Notes: generated by a model from the letters alone, not told the origin. A stretch of DNA of 64,000 nt from an uncultured Methanoregulaceae archaeon (GCA_963705255.1 OY970061.1:1344001-1408000); one strand, 5' to 3'. Counted from the first letter of the stretch, positions 9,528 through 22,844 are shown. Program-made: numbers and translations.

Positions 9528-10640
9528 TCATACCGGCAGCGGCATTTTTGTCGCTTCCAGGGTATCCTCGATCTCCCGGATGGTCGCGAGCTTCGCTTTT
9601 GTTGACGGGCCGACGGGCACCGCCTTGCAACCGGATGCTTTTGACGTAGACTCGGCAAATGTCCCGATCCCGCGTGCGATCGCCATTGTCTCCTCTTTGT
9701 CATACCCGATCAGGGGCCGGTAGATCGGGACTTCGGACGCTGCATCTGTGAGGACGAGAAGATTATCGAGCGTCTGGCTGGCCACCTGGCCAAGCGACTC
9801 CCCGGTAACGATCCCCTTGGCACCTGCCTGCCGTGCAAATGCTGTAGCCACCCTGTACATCCTCCGCTTGCAGAAGATGCAGGTGTATTTCTCAAGCTGC
9901 CTGCTGACCAGTTCCCGCTTTGCGGCCGCAAGGTACAAGTCCCGGATGACGGTCAGCCTGATGCCCGGCTGGTACGTTGCCAGGACATCCACGACTCGCT
10001 GTGCCCGGGCAACGGTAGTCTCGTCAAGGAAGGTATCGAGCGCGACGAAGAGCGGGATGATCCTGCACCCGCGCTTCATCATCATCCACGCGGCGACCGG
10101 CGAGTCGATACCCCCGGAGACGAGGGCGACAAGCGTCCCCTCGACCCCGAGCGGGAGGTCGCCGACCGCCTTTGTCACGGAGTCATAGAGATACGCCTCT
10201 TCTGCCCGGATTTCGATATGGATCTCCTTATCGGGTGTCGCAAGGTTCACTTTAAGGTGGGGGAACTCGTGCCGGAGGAGGTCACCGTATTCGATCGCCT
10301 TGTCATTGGAACTGAAGGTGTGTTTGCCCACCCTCCTGACACGGACTGCGAACGTTTTTGCCTCGTTCAGGCCGTGCCGCCGGCAGTAATCGGGAAGGTA
10401 CCATTCAATCTCCCTGAGATTGATGTGCTCCACCTCGGAGAACGAAACGATACCGAAGATCTTCTTCAGGAGTTCCGGCTTCACGTCACCGTCAAGCCAG
10501 ATCCTGCCCCGTTCGTTCCGTACGTGGATGCCGGGCATCACTTCGACGATATTTGCAATGAGTACGTTCTCCCACTGCCTCCGGACCGGATCTGATTTTA
10601 AGAAAATTTCAGAGTACCGCACAAGCCATTGTTTTTTCAT
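9528..10640 (-). CDS. thiI: tRNA 4-thiouridine synthase (THUMP + PP-loop)
   Basis: VRYSEIFLKS, LVSGGIDSPVA, CIFCKR, TGESLGQVASQT. Confidence 0.93.
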   Translation of the reverse strand: MKKQWLVRYSEIFLKSDPVRRQWENVLIANIVEVMPGIHVRNERGRIWLDGDVKPELLKKIFGIVSFSEVEHINLREIEWYLPDYCRRHGLNEAKTFAVRVRRVGKHTFSSNDKAIEYGDLLRHEFPHLKVNLATPDKEIHIEIRAEEAYLYDSVTKAVGDLPLGVEGTLVALVSGGIDSPVAAWMMMKRGCRIIPLFVALDTFLDETTVARAQRVVDVLATYQPGIRLTVIRDLYLAAAKRELVSRQLEKYTCIFCKRRMYRVATAFARQAGAKGIVTGESLGQVASQTLDNLLVLTDAASEVPIYRPLIGYDKEETMAIARGIGTFAESTSKASGCKAVPVGPSTKAKLATIREIEDTLEATKMPLPV

Positions 10641-10649
10641 GACGTCAAT

Positions 10650-10946
10650 TCACCAGAGGGTTTTTTTCTTTCTTGCCGTTTTCCTGACACGGTCAGCCTC
10701 GTCGGCGTCTTCGATCCCCAAGAGATAGGTGCCGTGGCAGGGTTTGGTGTACGGGAAGACGATCTTTCCGCTGTCAAGCCTGAGGGCGATCGGCGGGAGG
10801 CCAATGAGGTATTCATCGAAGATCTTGTAGCCGGGATCGACATACCAGACCTCGGCAAAATTCTTCTCCACGTACTCCCGGCACTCCCTGAAGGAGGCGC
10901 CGAGCGGGAGGATCATCTCGTACTTCAGGTTCTCGATGCAGCCCAT
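10650..10946 (-). CDS. DUF1894 family protein
   Basis: MGCIE...PYTKPCHGT; methanogen family usually paired with DUF1890. Confidence 0.8.
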   Translation of the reverse strand: MGCIENLKYEMILPLGASFRECREYVEKNFAEVWYVDPGYKIFDEYLIGLPPIALRLDSGKIVFPYTKPCHGTYLLGIEDADEADRVRKTARKKKTLW

Positions 10947-11416
10947 CCGAACACCTCGTTGATCTTCATCTTCAACTGCATCGGGTTGTGGACCGCCTTG
11001 TCGACGATCTTCTCGCAGGGGAAGGTGATCGTCTCCTCAAGTACCTCGGGGGTTCTTCCGAATACGATCACAACGAGCCTGCTCTTCAGCAGAAGGTAAC
11101 TCATGGTCGCCGCGTACTGGATGGCTGCATCGTTGTGCGCAAACACCACGCAGAGGTCGCAGTCCCGCTTCTTTTTGACCACCTCTTCGATGCACTTCTC
11201 GAGCACCATCATCTTCGGGATGTAATGCTTCCCGGGATCCGAGACTTTGAGCAGGTTGAGCACCGAGGGGTTGCCGGTGGCAAGGACAACGGTTCCCCGC
11301 TTCTGCAGGTTGTGCGCCATGTACAGGGCGATTGCCATCTGCACCGGGACCTCGGGGCACCCGAGCAGGAGGATCGCGTTCTTTATGTCGTGCTGTGCCG
11401 GTTCTTCTGAAGTCAT
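10925..11416 (-). CDS. DUF1890 family protein
   Basis: LLLGCPEVPVQ, FAHNDA, AVHNP. Confidence 0.85.
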   Translation of the reverse strand: MTSEEPAQHDIKNAILLLGCPEVPVQMAIALYMAHNLQKRGTVVLATGNPSVLNLLKVSDPGKHYIPKMMVLEKCIEEVVKKKRDCDLCVVFAHNDAAIQYAATMSYLLLKSRLVVIVFGRTPEVLEETITFPCEKIVDKAVHNPMQLKMKINEVFGWAASRT

Positions 11417-11422
11417 ATCTTC

Positions 11423-11959
11423 TCACCAGTCGCTGTCTTCCCGGGGGTGCAGACCGGCGGCTCCTGCGCAGGTGTACTCCATATCCGCCTCCTTTATCGG
11501 GTGGTGACAGTACGGGCAGGTGAAATCGCATTCCGACCCCTCGTACGGGCAGATCGTCATGGAGAGATCCGCAAGCGGGTGTCCCTTGCCATGGATCTCG
11601 AACTCCTTGTACCAGCCGAACGGGGCCCGTTTTACGTCGATCGACTCTTTCCCGAGGGACTCCTCGAGCCCTTTCAGGATCGAGAGGGCGACCTGCGGTG
11701 ACCCGAGAGCTGTTGTCAGGTGGGCGTACGGGTAGATCATCACCCGGTCCACCTTCAGCCTGGCCAGGCGCGCCATCACATTTTTCGTGGCGCTTGCAAT
11801 CACATGCGCCGGGTTCTTCTCATCCAGTTTCTCTACGCAGCAGAAGAGGACAACGCAGTCCTTCATGCTATCTTCGCGGGCACCGACCGGTTCTGCCATC
11901 TTCGTCTCCCGGGCGGCGTAGTACCACATGGAATCGGCATGGATCGAGAGTATCCTCAC
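11423..11959 (-). CDS. Free-standing archaeal threonyl-tRNA synthetase editing domain with Cys-rich tail
   Basis: [35 protein letters not shown]; GTG start at 11959 inferred. Confidence 0.88.
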   Translation of the reverse strand: MRILSIHADSMWYYAARETKMAEPVGAREDSMKDCVVLFCCVEKLDEKNPAHVIASATKNVMARLARLKVDRVMIYPYAHLTTALGSPQVALSILKGLEESLGKESIDVKRAPFGWYKEFEIHGKGHPLADLSMTICPYEGSECDFTCPYCHHPIKEADMEYTCAGAAGLHPREDSDW

Positions 11960-13436
11960 GGGTTCCCCTCCCGACCAGGATACTGATCGCATCGCTCGTG
12001 ATCAGCCCGACAACCCCGTTTTCTCCGTCAACGACCGGCAGTGCCGAGATCGCGTGCTCTTCCATCTTCTTTGCCGCCGCTTCGATGGGTTCATCAGAAG
12101 TCGTAGTGATGACGTTGCGGGACATGATCTCGTCCAGCCAGAGGAAGTTGGATGCAACCGCTTTTGCGATATCCCATGAGGTGACAATTCCCACGAGCTG
12201 TCCCCCACCCGAGAGGACCGGCAGGTGGTTGACGCCGGTATGGATCATACGCCGGGCTGTTACGGCAATCGTCGTCCCTTCCTCGATTGTCTGGACGTCC
12301 CGGGCCATCACATCGCTGACAACTGTGCTGGAAAGGAACTTCCCGACAAGGTAGTTGATCTGGCCGGACTCAAGGAGGAACGCGTCATGCCCGTAGTTGG
12401 AGCGGATCTCGCAGTAATGGACCTCGGCCTCGTTTGCGGTCAGCGCCGAGACGATCTCCTGCGACTGGTACGGAGGGTAGAGCCAGTCGGAGGATACCGA
12501 GATCACCAGGAACGCTGCTTTTACCCCGGAAAGGCCCGTGGTGAGCGATCCGTCCTTTGTCAGGTCGAAATAGTCGATCGCCTTGGTGATGTACAGGTAG
12601 GAGTTGGCATCGAACCGTTTCGTGAACGTGTCCCCCTGGTGATGGAGGTAGCTCTCTACCTTGAAATCCGTGGAGAAGTCAAACCCGATCCGGTCCTTTC
12701 CCTGCAGGGCCCTCCCGAACTTCTCGTGCATGGACTCGTTGGAGAGGTAGGTGATATGCCCGACCATCCTCGCGAGAGCAAGGCCGTGGATCGGGAGCGT
12801 CTTCCCGTAATAGTCACCATGGTTCCAGTGCGGATCGGAGATGATCGCTTTCCTGCCCACTTCATTGAAGGCGATCTGCTGGGGTGTCGAGTATCCCGAC
12901 GTGGCGATCACGACCGCTTTTCTGACCGTCCCCGGGTACGAGACCGTCCACTGCAGGACCTGCATGCCGCCCATCGATCCGCCGGCAACCGCATAGAGCT
13001 GGACGATACCGAGATGATCGATGAGCAGCTTCTGGGCATTCACCACGTCCCTGACCGTGATGACCGGGAACGTTATGCCGTAGGGTTTTCCCGTTGCAGG
13101 GTTGACGGAAGACGGCCCTGTCGAACCCTTGCAGCCACCGATAATATTTGAACAGATCACAAAATACCGGTCGGTGTCGAACGCCTTACCGGGACCAACG
13201 ACGGCATCCCACCAGCCGGGTTTCTGATCACCCTCGTGGAACCCGGCAATGTGGGCATCACCTGAAAGGGCGTGACAGATCAAAACGGCATTGCTCCTCT
13301 CTTTGTTGAGCCTGCCATAGGTCTCGTAGGCGAGGGTAAGCGAGGGGAGGGTTTCCCCGCTTTCCAGTACAAGCGGGGAGGGATGACGATAATACTGCGT
13401 TGTTATAAGTCCCACGGAACCTTTGATCATCGACAC
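11868..13436 (-). CDS. metX: Homoserine O-acetyltransferase with C-terminal CBS pair
   Basis: [21 protein letters not shown], two CBS repeats; true stop probably near 11957 (run-on overlap suggests a 1-nt error). Confidence 0.93.
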   Translation of the reverse strand: MSMIKGSVGLITTQYYRHPSPLVLESGETLPSLTLAYETYGRLNKERSNAVLICHALSGDAHIAGFHEGDQKPGWWDAVVGPGKAFDTDRYFVICSNIIGGCKGSTGPSSVNPATGKPYGITFPVITVRDVVNAQKLLIDHLGIVQLYAVAGGSMGGMQVLQWTVSYPGTVRKAVVIATSGYSTPQQIAFNEVGRKAIISDPHWNHGDYYGKTLPIHGLALARMVGHITYLSNESMHEKFGRALQGKDRIGFDFSTDFKVESYLHHQGDTFTKRFDANSYLYITKAIDYFDLTKDGSLTTGLSGVKAAFLVISVSSDWLYPPYQSQEIVSALTANEAEVHYCEIRSNYGHDAFLLESGQINYLVGKFLSSTVVSDVMARDVQTIEEGTTIAVTARRMIHTGVNHLPVLSGGGQLVGIVTSWDIAKAVASNFLWLDEIMSRNVITTTSDEPIEAAAKKMEEHAISALPVVDGENGVVGLITSDAISILVGRGTREDTLDPCRFHVVLRRPGDEDGRTGRCPRR

Positions 13437-13515
13437 ACCCCGTGTCGTACCTGGGTGAGTTCTGCAAGGATATCCCGGATGTCCTTAAAACTAAGGGGCC
13501 GGAAGGTAGTGTGCT

Positions 13516-16343
<2,828 letters not shown>

Positions 16344-16347
16344 GGTG

Positions 16348-16673
16348 TTTCTCCTCATCGTAGTCCTGATGGACCAACCGGAAGTCGAAGGTTCGGCTTC
16401 GCCTCCCTCTTCTTACTTGTAGTTCGGACGAAACTTTTCGGGTTCGAAAAAGTGCTGCGCACTTCTTCTCATCCTCAAGATGCTGACATCTTTCTGAAAG
16501 TCGAAGATTACTTCGTAAATCTTCTCCTCATCGTGGTTCTGATGAACCACTCTGATTTCAAAGAACTGGTGCGCAGTCCTTCTCGTTGTCGAGGTCCCGA
16601 TGGACCTCCCGCAGTTCGAAGAAATGCATCGCATTTCTTCTCATCCTCGAGGCGCTCCGCGCCTCTTCGGAAA
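16348..16673 (-). repeat. Tandem array of about 5.5 twin-hairpin units, period 57-59 nt
   Basis: Units start at TCGAAR/TCAAAG at 16385, 16444, 16501, 16558, 16616; each is hairpin-8 nt linker (TCATCCTC-like)-hairpin. Confidence 0.85.
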
Positions 16674-16744
16674 AGCCATGACCCGGAGTCGAACCGGGAT
16701 CCGCTGATCTGCAGTCAGCCGCGTGGCCGTTCCGCCATCATGGC
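16674..16744 (-). tRNA. tRNA-Cys(GCA) copy 1
   Basis: GCCATGA/TCATGGC acceptor stem, anticodon loop CTGCAGA, GGTTCGACTCC, discriminator U. Confidence 0.95.
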
Positions 16745-16755
16745 ACCTTTGTCTG

Positions 16756-16799
16756 GATTCACGATTGTGAATCTGACTATACTAGATAACAATTGTGAA
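16756..16799. promoter_or_regulatory. Two palindromic operator-like sites (TTCACGATTGTGAA, ATAACAATTGTGAA) between TATA box and tRNA-Cys
   Basis: Sites at 16758-16771 and 16786-16799; minus-strand TATA-like TTATAAATA at about 16800-16808. Confidence 0.7.
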
Positions 16800-16990
16800 T
16801 ATTTATAAGTTCGGTCATCGGCAGAATTTTCCTGATCCTGTTCTCATGTCGTGAATTTTCTTTGGTTTCAGGTTCCAAGGTCTTCTCTGGGAATGATCAT
16901 CGGGAAAGGCAGGCCGGACGCGCCAACAAGCATGACAGGAGATGTGATGGGCAGAAAAATTAATGCAGAAAGACGGTGAGCAAAAACAAG

Positions 16991-17034
16991 GAGAGAATCA
17001 TCCTCTCCTCATCATGGTTCTGATGAACCGCTCG
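16991..17034 (-). repeat. Partial twin-hairpin unit directly 3' of tRNA-Cys copy 2
   Basis: TCCTCATC-ATGGTTC tgat GAACCGC-TCG. Confidence 0.7.
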
Positions 17035-17037
17035 TAG

Positions 17038-17108
17038 AGCCAACGCCCGGAATCGAACCGGGATACGCTGATCTGCAGTCAGCCGCGTAGCCTTTCCGCC
17101 ACATTGGC
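17038..17108 (-). tRNA. tRNA-Cys(GCA) copy 2
   Basis: GCCAATG/CGTTGGC acceptor stem, anticodon loop CTGCAGA, GGTTCGATTCC. Confidence 0.95.
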
Positions 17109-17225
17109 ACCTGTTCCGGCGATTGTTGTCGCCATACCATAGTAAGACGGGGGATATTTAGAGGCTGATCTGTGGGCGGGATTTGCCGCAAATCCGGGTT
17201 GGGGGGCTTTGCCCGTGAATGCCGG

Positions 17226-17312
17226 ATCAGGTCCAGATGAACCACTCTGGAAGCAGAAGGTTCGCCTTCGCCTCCCTTCTCATCCTCGAGGTGCTGCGCA
17301 CCTCATCGGAAA
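17226..17312 (-). repeat. About 1.5 twin-hairpin units
   Basis: ...GAAGGTTCGCCTTCGCCTCCCTTC-TCATCCTC-GAGGTGC tgc GCACCTC-ATCGGAAA; shares a block with 16379-16408. Confidence 0.75.
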
Positions 17313-17321
17313 CCGAAATAC

Positions 17322-17335
17322 TTAACAATTGTGAA
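17322..17335. promoter_or_regulatory. Operator-like palindrome TTAACAATTGTGAA
   Basis: Identical to 45590-45603; lies upstream of the wHTH regulator. Confidence 0.65.
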
Positions 17336-17348
17336 CTTCCATTCCATA

Positions 17349-17644
17349 ATGGTGATCCACTATGAGGGATCGTTTTTGTCGTAACCACCAATGAGAATAG
17401 CACCATACGAAGGATCGGGCACCTGCCGCCATCGGCAAAGCTCGTGTACAAAGTGCTTGAACACGGCGGCCAGCTGACCCAGAAGGATCTCATCCGCGAG
17501 ACCTCCCTGCCTTCCAGGACCGTGCGCTATGCATTGAACCGGCTGAAGGCAGAACAGATCCTTGTCGAGCGCTATTATTTCAGTGACGCCCGGCAGAGCC
17601 TGTACGGCCTGAACCCGCCACGCCAGGAGGTGGTTGCCGTATGA
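17349..17644 (+). CDS. Archaeal MarR-like winged-helix regulator (start uncertain)
   Basis: LPPSAKLVYKVL...LTQKDL..ETSLPSRTVRYALNRL...DARQSLY; homology extends upstream of the tracked GTG 17444, with a probable homopolymer slip at 17373-17377. Confidence 0.8.
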
Positions 17645-17850
17645 TGCGGCCTCACATGCGTCCTGCAGGCATGACATTCCTGTACCCCCCGGTGCGGTGC
17701 TGAACACGGTACAGGAATTCTCCTTATCCATCTTTTTTAAACTGCATGTATCATCAGCAAAAGATTTGTGAAATGGGCGTTCTCCCGTAAAATCCCCGGT
17801 TTTTTTGCAACCATCAAAGGCCAAATAACGCGGAGGGCGATGGATGCCTG

Positions 17851-18270
17851 CTAAGTCGGGCCATTTCCGAAGCTTGCATCAATCCACCGGATGATCTCGT
17901 CCCGCACCTGCCGGAACCCGGCCCGGACTTCCTCATCGGAGCCGGTGAATGCCGAAGGGTCCGGAAATCCCTGGTGAATTTCCTCCTTTGCGCCGGGAAA
18001 GAACGGACACGCTTTCTGTGCAGAATCGCAGACCGTGACAACCGTCTCAATTCCCTTCCCGTAATGTTCATCGATGAGCTTCGAGCGGTGGCTTGAGATG
18101 TCGATCCCGATCTCCTTCATCACCTCGATTGCCATCGGGTGGACCCGTCCTGGTTCGGTCCCGCCGCTGAATACCTCGTAGCGGTCACCGTACTTTTCCT
18201 TCATGTACCCCTCCGCTATCTGTGAGCGGGCGGAGTTGTGGGCGCAGATGAACAGGATCTTCTTTTTCAT
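17851..18270 (-). CDS. arsC: Thioredoxin-dependent arsenate reductase (LMW-PTP fold)
   Basis: CAHNSARSQIAEG P-loop, VTVCD..ACP, FPDP; next to acr3. Confidence 0.9.
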   Translation of the reverse strand: MKKKILFICAHNSARSQIAEGYMKEKYGDRYEVFSGGTEPGRVHPMAIEVMKEIGIDISSHRSKLIDEHYGKGIETVVTVCDSAQKACPFFPGAKEEIHQGFPDPSAFTGSDEEVRAGFRQVRDEIIRWIDASFGNGPT

Positions 18271-18288
18271 GATTACACCAGTATCATT

Positions 18289-19374
18289 TCAGCGCAGCGA
18301 TGGGCTGCACGTACCGTCACTCTTTCCGCCATACCATTTCTTCCTGAGCCAGAGCGAGACGTTCACCAGCCCGATCAGTACCGGCACTTCGACGAGAGGG
18401 CCGATCACCGTGGCAAATGCCGCCGGTGATGCGATACCAAAGACGGCAATGGCGACTGCAATCGCAAGTTCGAAGTTGTTGGACGCAGCGGTGAAGGAGA
18501 GCGAAGCCGACTTCTGGTAATCGACCCCGAGACGGTGGGCCATCCAGAAGCTTGCAAAGAACATGATGACAAAGTAGCAGAGCAACGGGATCGCGACCCG
18601 TACCACATCGAACGGGACGTTCACGATGTACTCTCCCTTGAGGGAGAACATGACGATGATGGTGAAGAGCAGGGCAATAAGGGTGATCGGCGAGATCTTC
18701 GGGATGAAGACCTGCTCGTACCATGCCTTCGACTTTACGCGGAGGAGCGCGTACCGGGTGACCATACCGGCAATGAAGGGGATGCCGAGATAGATGAAGA
18801 CGCTCCCGGCAATCTGGACGATCGTGATCGAGACTGTTGAGCCGGCCCCGATGCCGAGCAGAGGCGGCAGGAACGTGATGAAGAACCAGGCATAGACGGA
18901 GTAGAAGAAGACCTGGAAGACCGAGTTCAGTCCCACGATTGCGGCGCAGTACTCACAATCTCCTTCAGCGAGATCGTTCCAGACGATCACCATCGCGATG
19001 CAGCGGGCGATGCCGACGAGAATCAGGCCGTACATGAGCATCGGCTGGTCGCGGAGGAAGACGATGGCAAGGACAAACATCAGGACCGGCCCGACAATCC
19101 AGTTCTGGACGAGCGAGAGCCCGAGGATTTTTGTGTTCTGGAATATTTTCGTGAGTTCCTCGTACTTCACTTTCGCGAGCGGCGGGTACATCATGAGGAT
19201 GAGGCCTATCGCTATCGGGATCGAGGTTGTACCGATCGAGAGACCGGTGATGAGTGCCGGTACTGCGGGCGAAAAGTACCCGATGCCGATACCGGCTGCC
19301 ATGGCAAGGAAGATCCAGAGGGTCAGGTAACGGTCGAGGAACGAGAGGTGTCTGGTGGTTTCCATAGGTATCAT
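18289..19374 (-). CDS. acr3: ACR3 arsenite efflux transporter
   Basis: [35 protein letters not shown]. Confidence 0.95.
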   Translation of the reverse strand: MIPMETTRHLSFLDRYLTLWIFLAMAAGIGIGYFSPAVPALITGLSIGTTSIPIAIGLILMMYPPLAKVKYEELTKIFQNTKILGLSLVQNWIVGPVLMFVLAIVFLRDQPMLMYGLILVGIARCIAMVIVWNDLAEGDCEYCAAIVGLNSVFQVFFYSVYAWFFITFLPPLLGIGAGSTVSITIVQIAGSVFIYLGIPFIAGMVTRYALLRVKSKAWYEQVFIPKISPITLIALLFTIIVMFSLKGEYIVNVPFDVVRVAIPLLCYFVIMFFASFWMAHRLGVDYQKSASLSFTAASNNFELAIAVAIAVFGIASPAAFATVIGPLVEVPVLIGLVNVSLWLRKKWYGGKSDGTCSPSLR

Positions 19375-19376
19375 CT

Positions 19377-19811
19377 TTACAGGATCTTCTCAAGGATATC
19401 TGCAGCATCCCGGACGAGCGGCATGCATTTCGTAACGAAGAGTCCGTTATCGCGTGCCCGTGCAAATTCTTCCGGGTTGCCAAGATTGTAGCCGAGCAGT
19501 TCCGTGCAGTTGATCGAGCCATTCTTCTCAGTAAACCCGTGGATGAACTGCCGGACAAGGGCCCGCGTCTTCTCGGTTGCGACATCGTCGTCCGCTACGG
19601 TCTTCCCATATTTCAGCCCGATCACCAGGATTGCTCCGGATACGGCCCCGCAGATATTGCCAGTCTTCGAGATCCCGGCGCCGAAGCCGCACGCAATCTT
19701 TTTTGCCGTATCAGGGTCCAGGCCCAGATCTTCGGAAAATGCTGAAAATACTGCAGCAGAACAAGTGAACCTCTTCCCGTAACTGGCCACTGCTTCATCA
19801 GATTTTGTCAT
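19377..19811 (-). CDS. C-GCAxxG-C-C family putative redox protein
   Basis: [22 protein letters not shown]. Confidence 0.88.
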   Translation of the reverse strand: MTKSDEAVASYGKRFTCSAAVFSAFSEDLGLDPDTAKKIACGFGAGISKTGNICGAVSGAILVIGLKYGKTVADDDVATEKTRALVRQFIHGFTEKNGSINCTELLGYNLGNPEEFARARDNGLFVTKCMPLVRDAADILEKIL

Positions 19812-19835
19812 GGCACATTTCTCCGTATCAGTAAA

Positions 19836-20796
19836 TTATCCCAGTATCGCATTAAACAAATACCCCGTCAGCGTGAACGAGACGAACAGGATCCCTGCGA
19901 AGATCAGGATCAGCTTGATCTTGATCACTTTTCTCAGGATGACCATCTCCGGCAGGGACAGCCCGATGACCGACATCATGAACGCGAGCGCCGTGCCCAC
20001 CGCCATACCTTTTGCCGTGAGCACCTGCATGATCGGGATCATGCCCGCCGCGTTCGAGTAAAGCGGGACGCCGATAAGCACTGCAATGGGGACAGCGAGC
20101 GGGTTGCCGGGTCCCGCGAACGAGACCAGGAAATCTGCCGGTGCATACCCGTGGATGATCGCACCGATCGCGATACCGATGGCGATGTAGGGAAATACCG
20201 TAAGAGTGATGCTCTTCGATTCGCCGATGGCAAAAGCAATCCGCTCCCACCACGTCATCGGCTTATCGGCCTGGTCGTGCATCTTGCATTTCCAGACAAA
20301 CTCCTCGACCTCACCCTCCAGGTGAAGGCGCCCGATGATGATGCCAGCCACAATCGCAATGATGAGTCCGGAGACGATGTAGATGAGCGCAATCTGCCAG
20401 CCGAACATTGCAAGCAGCATTGCGGCTGCCACCTCGTTGATGAGCGGAGATGCGATCAGGAACGAGAATGTGATACCGAGCGGTACACCGCTTTCAACAA
20501 AACCGATGAAGAGCGGAACAGCCGAGCAGGAGCAGAACGGCGTGGGGATCCCAAGAAGTGCAGCGAGCACGTTGCCGACTCCTTCCGTCCGGCCCGCCAC
20601 CAACTTCTTCACCTTCTGCGGGGTGATGAACGAACGGACTATGGCTACCCCAAAGACCACTACGGCAAGCAGCAGCGAAACCCAGAATGATGTCGTTGAC
20701 AAAGAAGTTCACGGACGAGGCGAGGGGACTGCCCTGTGCAAGCCCGAGGACCGAGTAGGTCACCCAGTCGGCGAAGAGTTGTAAATAATTCTGCAT
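19836..20796 (-). CDS. ArsP/DUF318 permease (frameshift near 20695)
   Basis: PFCSCSAVP, FLIASPLIN, GVPLYSN, LSLPE; N-terminus MQNYLQLFADW is in another frame. Confidence 0.85.
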
Positions 20797-20800
20797 AGTG

Positions 20801-21490
20801 TTATCCTCCGGTTATTTTCTGATCGATAATTTTCTCCATCTCGTCCGTGAATGGTTTCACCCGTGCACCTGCTTCGGGGGATACTTCGTTGATAGCTTTC
20901 ACGAGGTCCCGGATATGGAGCAGCCCGGATATCTCCTTGTCACAGGTCTTGCCGAACCGGGGCGCCCGGCAGAAGTGGCAGATCCGGAGACCGTAGTGCT
21001 GGAGCTGTTCAGGACTCACCTTGGTCCCGTGTAGTTCCGCACTTGCCGCAACGGTCGAACCGCAGGGCGATCCTCGCATGACCCGGACGCTGTCGATGGT
21101 CCCGTCCTCTTGAATCATAACCTCGAATGAAGGCCGTCCGAAGACTTTTGCAAACTCGTTGATCTCCGGTACCCAGGTATTGTCTTCAAGCGAGCACATC
21201 GTCAGGGGTGCAATAATATTCTCGTTGATCCCCTTTGCCTGCCGGAGGAACCCGGGGCCGAAACTGACCCCGAGGATTACCGGTTTCTGCTTCTCGATGA
21301 TCGCGAGGGCGACGTCCGGGTGGCGGACGTAGGAGATGTAGAGATCGCACTCCGGAAGATCGAGTTCGATGTCATCCACCATTATCGCCTGCGGGAACGG
21401 GGCCATGATCCATTCGGTCGGGAACCGTTCCCTGATTACCTCAAAGGCCCGGTCACCGAACTTCCCATCGCTGACAATACCAATCTTCAC
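20801..21490 (-). CDS. DUF166 family protein
   Basis: HPDV, MCSL, FGRP, RGSPCGST, CHFCRA. Confidence 0.75.
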   Translation of the reverse strand: MKIGIVSDGKFGDRAFEVIRERFPTEWIMAPFPQAIMVDDIELDLPECDLYISYVRHPDVALAIIEKQKPVILGVSFGPGFLRQAKGINENIIAPLTMCSLEDNTWVPEINEFAKVFGRPSFEVMIQEDGTIDSVRVMRGSPCGSTVAASAELHGTKVSPEQLQHYGLRICHFCRAPRFGKTCDKEISGLLHIRDLVKAINEVSPEAGARVKPFTDEMEKIIDQKITGG

Positions 21491-21834
21491 GGGGATCCCC
21501 CATTGTCCGTAATAGCATGGATGACTTTCTCAATCTCTTCGTACTGCACATCCGCCATCCCGTTCTTCTGGATGCCCAGTTCGGTTGCGATGATATGGCG
21601 ATGGGGAGTGAGGCAGGATTTTGCAAGTTTCTTTGTCGCACAACAATCCGTGCACCCGTCGATCACGATCACCTGTTCGGCATCACCGGCTTCCGCTTCG
21701 AGCGTTGCGGCAGACTGCTTGGCATGCATCCACATGTACTGGCCCGGCTTTCGCTGGAGAAGGATCTGGGCCACCTGTGTGGTGAGCTTTCCGGTATTCG
21801 AGATGCCGGAGCATGTCACAAGTGCGAAGGTCAT
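21487..21834 (-). CDS. DGC-domain putative zinc-binding protein
   Basis: CSGISNTG, IDGCTDCCA; start MTFALV. Confidence 0.85.
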   Translation of the reverse strand: MTFALVTCSGISNTGKLTTQVAQILLQRKPGQYMWMHAKQSAATLEAEAGDAEQVIVIDGCTDCCATKKLAKSCLTPHRHIIATELGIQKNGMADVQYEEIEKVIHAITDNGGSP

Positions 21835-21853
21835 TTCAGAACCCGAGGATGTT

Positions 21854-22321
21854 TCAGCAGGTGCCGCCGCACCCGCAGCCGCTGTCTTTACCACCGGTCT
21901 TTTTCCCGGGCTTTGCAGAATCCGTCTTCCGGCCCTCGCCCTTCCAGCATGCTGCAACGATCTTCTCTATATCATCATTCGTGTAGGATTTCGAGGGCCC
22001 CTTGGTGATGCCGAGTTCGGTCATGACAAGGTGCTGTCCTGCTGCAACGCCCTGTGCCCCGGCTATCTTCTTTGCACAGAGCATCGGGCAGCCGTCAAGA
22101 ATGACGACTTCATCGGCATTCATCGCGTTGGCGATAAGATTTTCCGCACCGATGGCGAGCAACGAGGCGCAGGCGATACTCCCGTAACCTTCCTCAGTCA
22201 GCTGAAGTGCCGCAAGGTTGGTCAGCTGTCCGACATTCGCCTGCCCGGCACAGGGAAAGATAATCCGTTTCGGTTCGTTGGCTCCGCATGAACATTTTGT
22301 CGTTTCTGTCATTGTTTTCAC
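21854..22321 (-). CDS. DGC-domain putative zinc-binding protein
   Basis: PCAGQANVGQ, LDGCPMLCA, Cys-rich tail. Confidence 0.85.
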   Translation of the reverse strand: MKTMTETTKCSCGANEPKRIIFPCAGQANVGQLTNLAALQLTEEGYGSIACASLLAIGAENLIANAMNADEVVILDGCPMLCAKKIAGAQGVAAGQHLVMTELGITKGPSKSYTNDDIEKIVAACWKGEGRKTDSAKPGKKTGGKDSGCGCGGTC

Positions 22322-22554
22322 TCCGTCAACATTTTCTTGATCTCATTCACATCAGGTATCCGGCCTTCCGCCATTTTCTCTCCATTGATGAAGAGCGCAG
22401 GCGGGAGCATTACACCGTGCCCGACAATTTCAGCAAGGTTTTCCACTTTAACGACCTCTGCCGTGATTTTCAGTTCCATTACTGCCTGCTCGGCATTGGC
22501 AAAGAGCCGTTTGCACTTCGCGCAGCCGGTTCCGAGTACTTCGATTTTTGTCAT
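22318..22554 (-). CDS. Small thioredoxin-like protein (MTH895/ArsE type)
   Basis: IEVLGTGCAKC, PALFING. Confidence 0.9.
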   Translation of the reverse strand: MTKIEVLGTGCAKCKRLFANAEQAVMELKITAEVVKVENLAEIVGHGVMLPPALFINGEKMAEGRIPDVNEIKKMLTE

Positions 22555-22571
22555 GATTTGCTCAGTCTGTC

Positions 22572-22844
22572 CTATTCCTGGTTTTGTTTCCGGCCCGATT
22601 TCCGGTATTCCTCAACGAGTGCCTCCGCATAATGGTTCTCGACAGCGGAAGGGATGTAATTGTACACCTTGACCTGTTTCAGGAGTGCCTCGCGGATTGC
22701 CGGATCGCTGGTCAGGTTCTGAACCCTGACAGCGGCAATGCTCTCATCAAGCATAGTAATACCGGTCGGGAGACCGTTGATGGTAATCTGCCGGATACGC
22801 CGGAGGGCCTCGGCAGCGCAGCACGGTTTGTTATCGTTCTCCAT
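22572..22844 (-). CDS. Conserved hypothetical protein
   Basis: PCC..., VKVYNYIP...YAEAL; operonic position. Confidence 0.7.
   Translation of the reverse strand: MENDNKPCCAAEALRRIRQITINGLPTGITMLDESIAAVRVQNLTSDPAIREALLKQVKVYNYIPSAVENHYAEALVEEYRKSGRKQNQE

Noticed and set aside
16348-16673. CRISPR array associated with the solo Cas4, or the 73-aa ORF 16413-16634
   Set aside because: There is no invariant direct repeat with unique spacers; conservation is in base pairing, and the ORF is a chance read-through of the repeats.
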